Below are positions 63,743 through 64,000 of a stretch of DNA of 64,000 nucleotides, piece by piece. The notes beneath the pieces are model-generated. The model was not told the DNA's origin, ran no database searches, and saw nothing but the letters and a program-made list of their open reading frames with translations. The first letter of the stretch is position 1. Every line of letters begins with the position of its first letter. Source of the DNA: Octopus bimaculoides (lineage: Eukaryota). The stretch lies in the NCBI RefSeq assembly GCF_001194135.2, contig NC_068983.1, positions 80,086,434 to 80,150,433 on the forward strand, in the 5' to 3' direction. Both the position numbers and the translations under genes were made by a program.

Positions 63743-64000
63743 AGGAATTTCAACCATGTTTCGTGGTCTGCTACCACAACAGCTCCTTTATAGGATCCAG
63801 TTAGCTGAAGACATCATCAGGAGGAACCACGTCCGGTTTCGGCCCCTACTCCTCTACCGTTTTGACGTGGCGGGGCCACCCCCTTTCGGAGGTGTCTTCA
63901 GCTCTGGTGTTGGGTGCATGTCTTCTTTCACTGTTTGTGACTGTTCTAATTCAACTGTGGAATGTCCCTCGCTATGGTTATTTTCCAGGAGGTTCTGGCC
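63743..64000 (-). mobile_element. Young GC-rich retroelement end (Penelope-like by inference), truncated by the window edge, inserted after a family A SINE head (~63694-63742)
   Basis: Abrupt shift to high GC with intact CpGs. A minus-strand frame stays open from the window edge to TAG at 63856-63854. It carries a hammerhead core, and PLE terminal repeats are known hammerhead carriers. No RT or GIY-YIG sequence is visible inside the window. Confidence 0.5.
63803..63903 (-). ncRNA. Putative non-circularly permuted hammerhead ribozyme; predicted cleavage between 63855 and 63854
   Basis: Minus strand: AGCUGAAGA CACCUCC GAAA GGGGGUG GCCCC G CCACGUC AAAA CGG UA^GAGGAG UA GGGGC C GAAA CCG GACGUGG UUCCUC CUGAUGA U G UCUUCAGCU. 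Stem I GAGGAG/UUCCUC, stem III CGGU/ACCG, and intact CUGAUGA and GAAA boxes. Confidence 0.65.

Noticed and set aside
63743-63800. Second hammerhead-like motif on the minus strand (GTGGT-AGCAG-ACCAC-GAAAC-ATG-GT)
   Set aside because: It has a stem and GAAAC, but CTGTT replaces CUGANGA and no stem I forms. It may be a degenerate relic worth rechecking in the family consensus.

Overview
This is very AT-rich eukaryotic genomic DNA, dense in microsatellites and repeats. The SINE/MITE families suggest an octopus or other coleoid cephalopod, but that is an inference from repeat familiarity, not a database result. Almost all of the window looks intronic or intergenic, and most entries in the supplied ORF track are spurious or are decayed transposon fragments. 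The only well-supported host coding sequence is two + strand phase-1 exons (50471-50644, 50862-51074). They encode the N-terminal C3HC4 RING region of a TANC/rolling pebbles-like scaffold protein. A candidate upstream first coding exon ends at 34353. The rest consists of tRNA-derived SINEs of several families, decayed LINEs (CR1, RTE), Tc1/mariner remnants, mariner- and piggyBac-type MITEs, and several inverted repeats. The most striking signal is in the last 260 bp: a GC-rich, CpG-intact insertion whose minus strand has a complete hammerhead ribozyme core (CUGAUGA, GAAA, GUA cleavage triplet, perfect stems I and III). The three strands are in a non-circularly permuted order, extra helices surround the core, and the predicted cut falls inside the stop codon of an ORF entering from the window edge. 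Repeat boundaries are approximate (about +/-10-20 bp) unless TSD or TIR positions are given.
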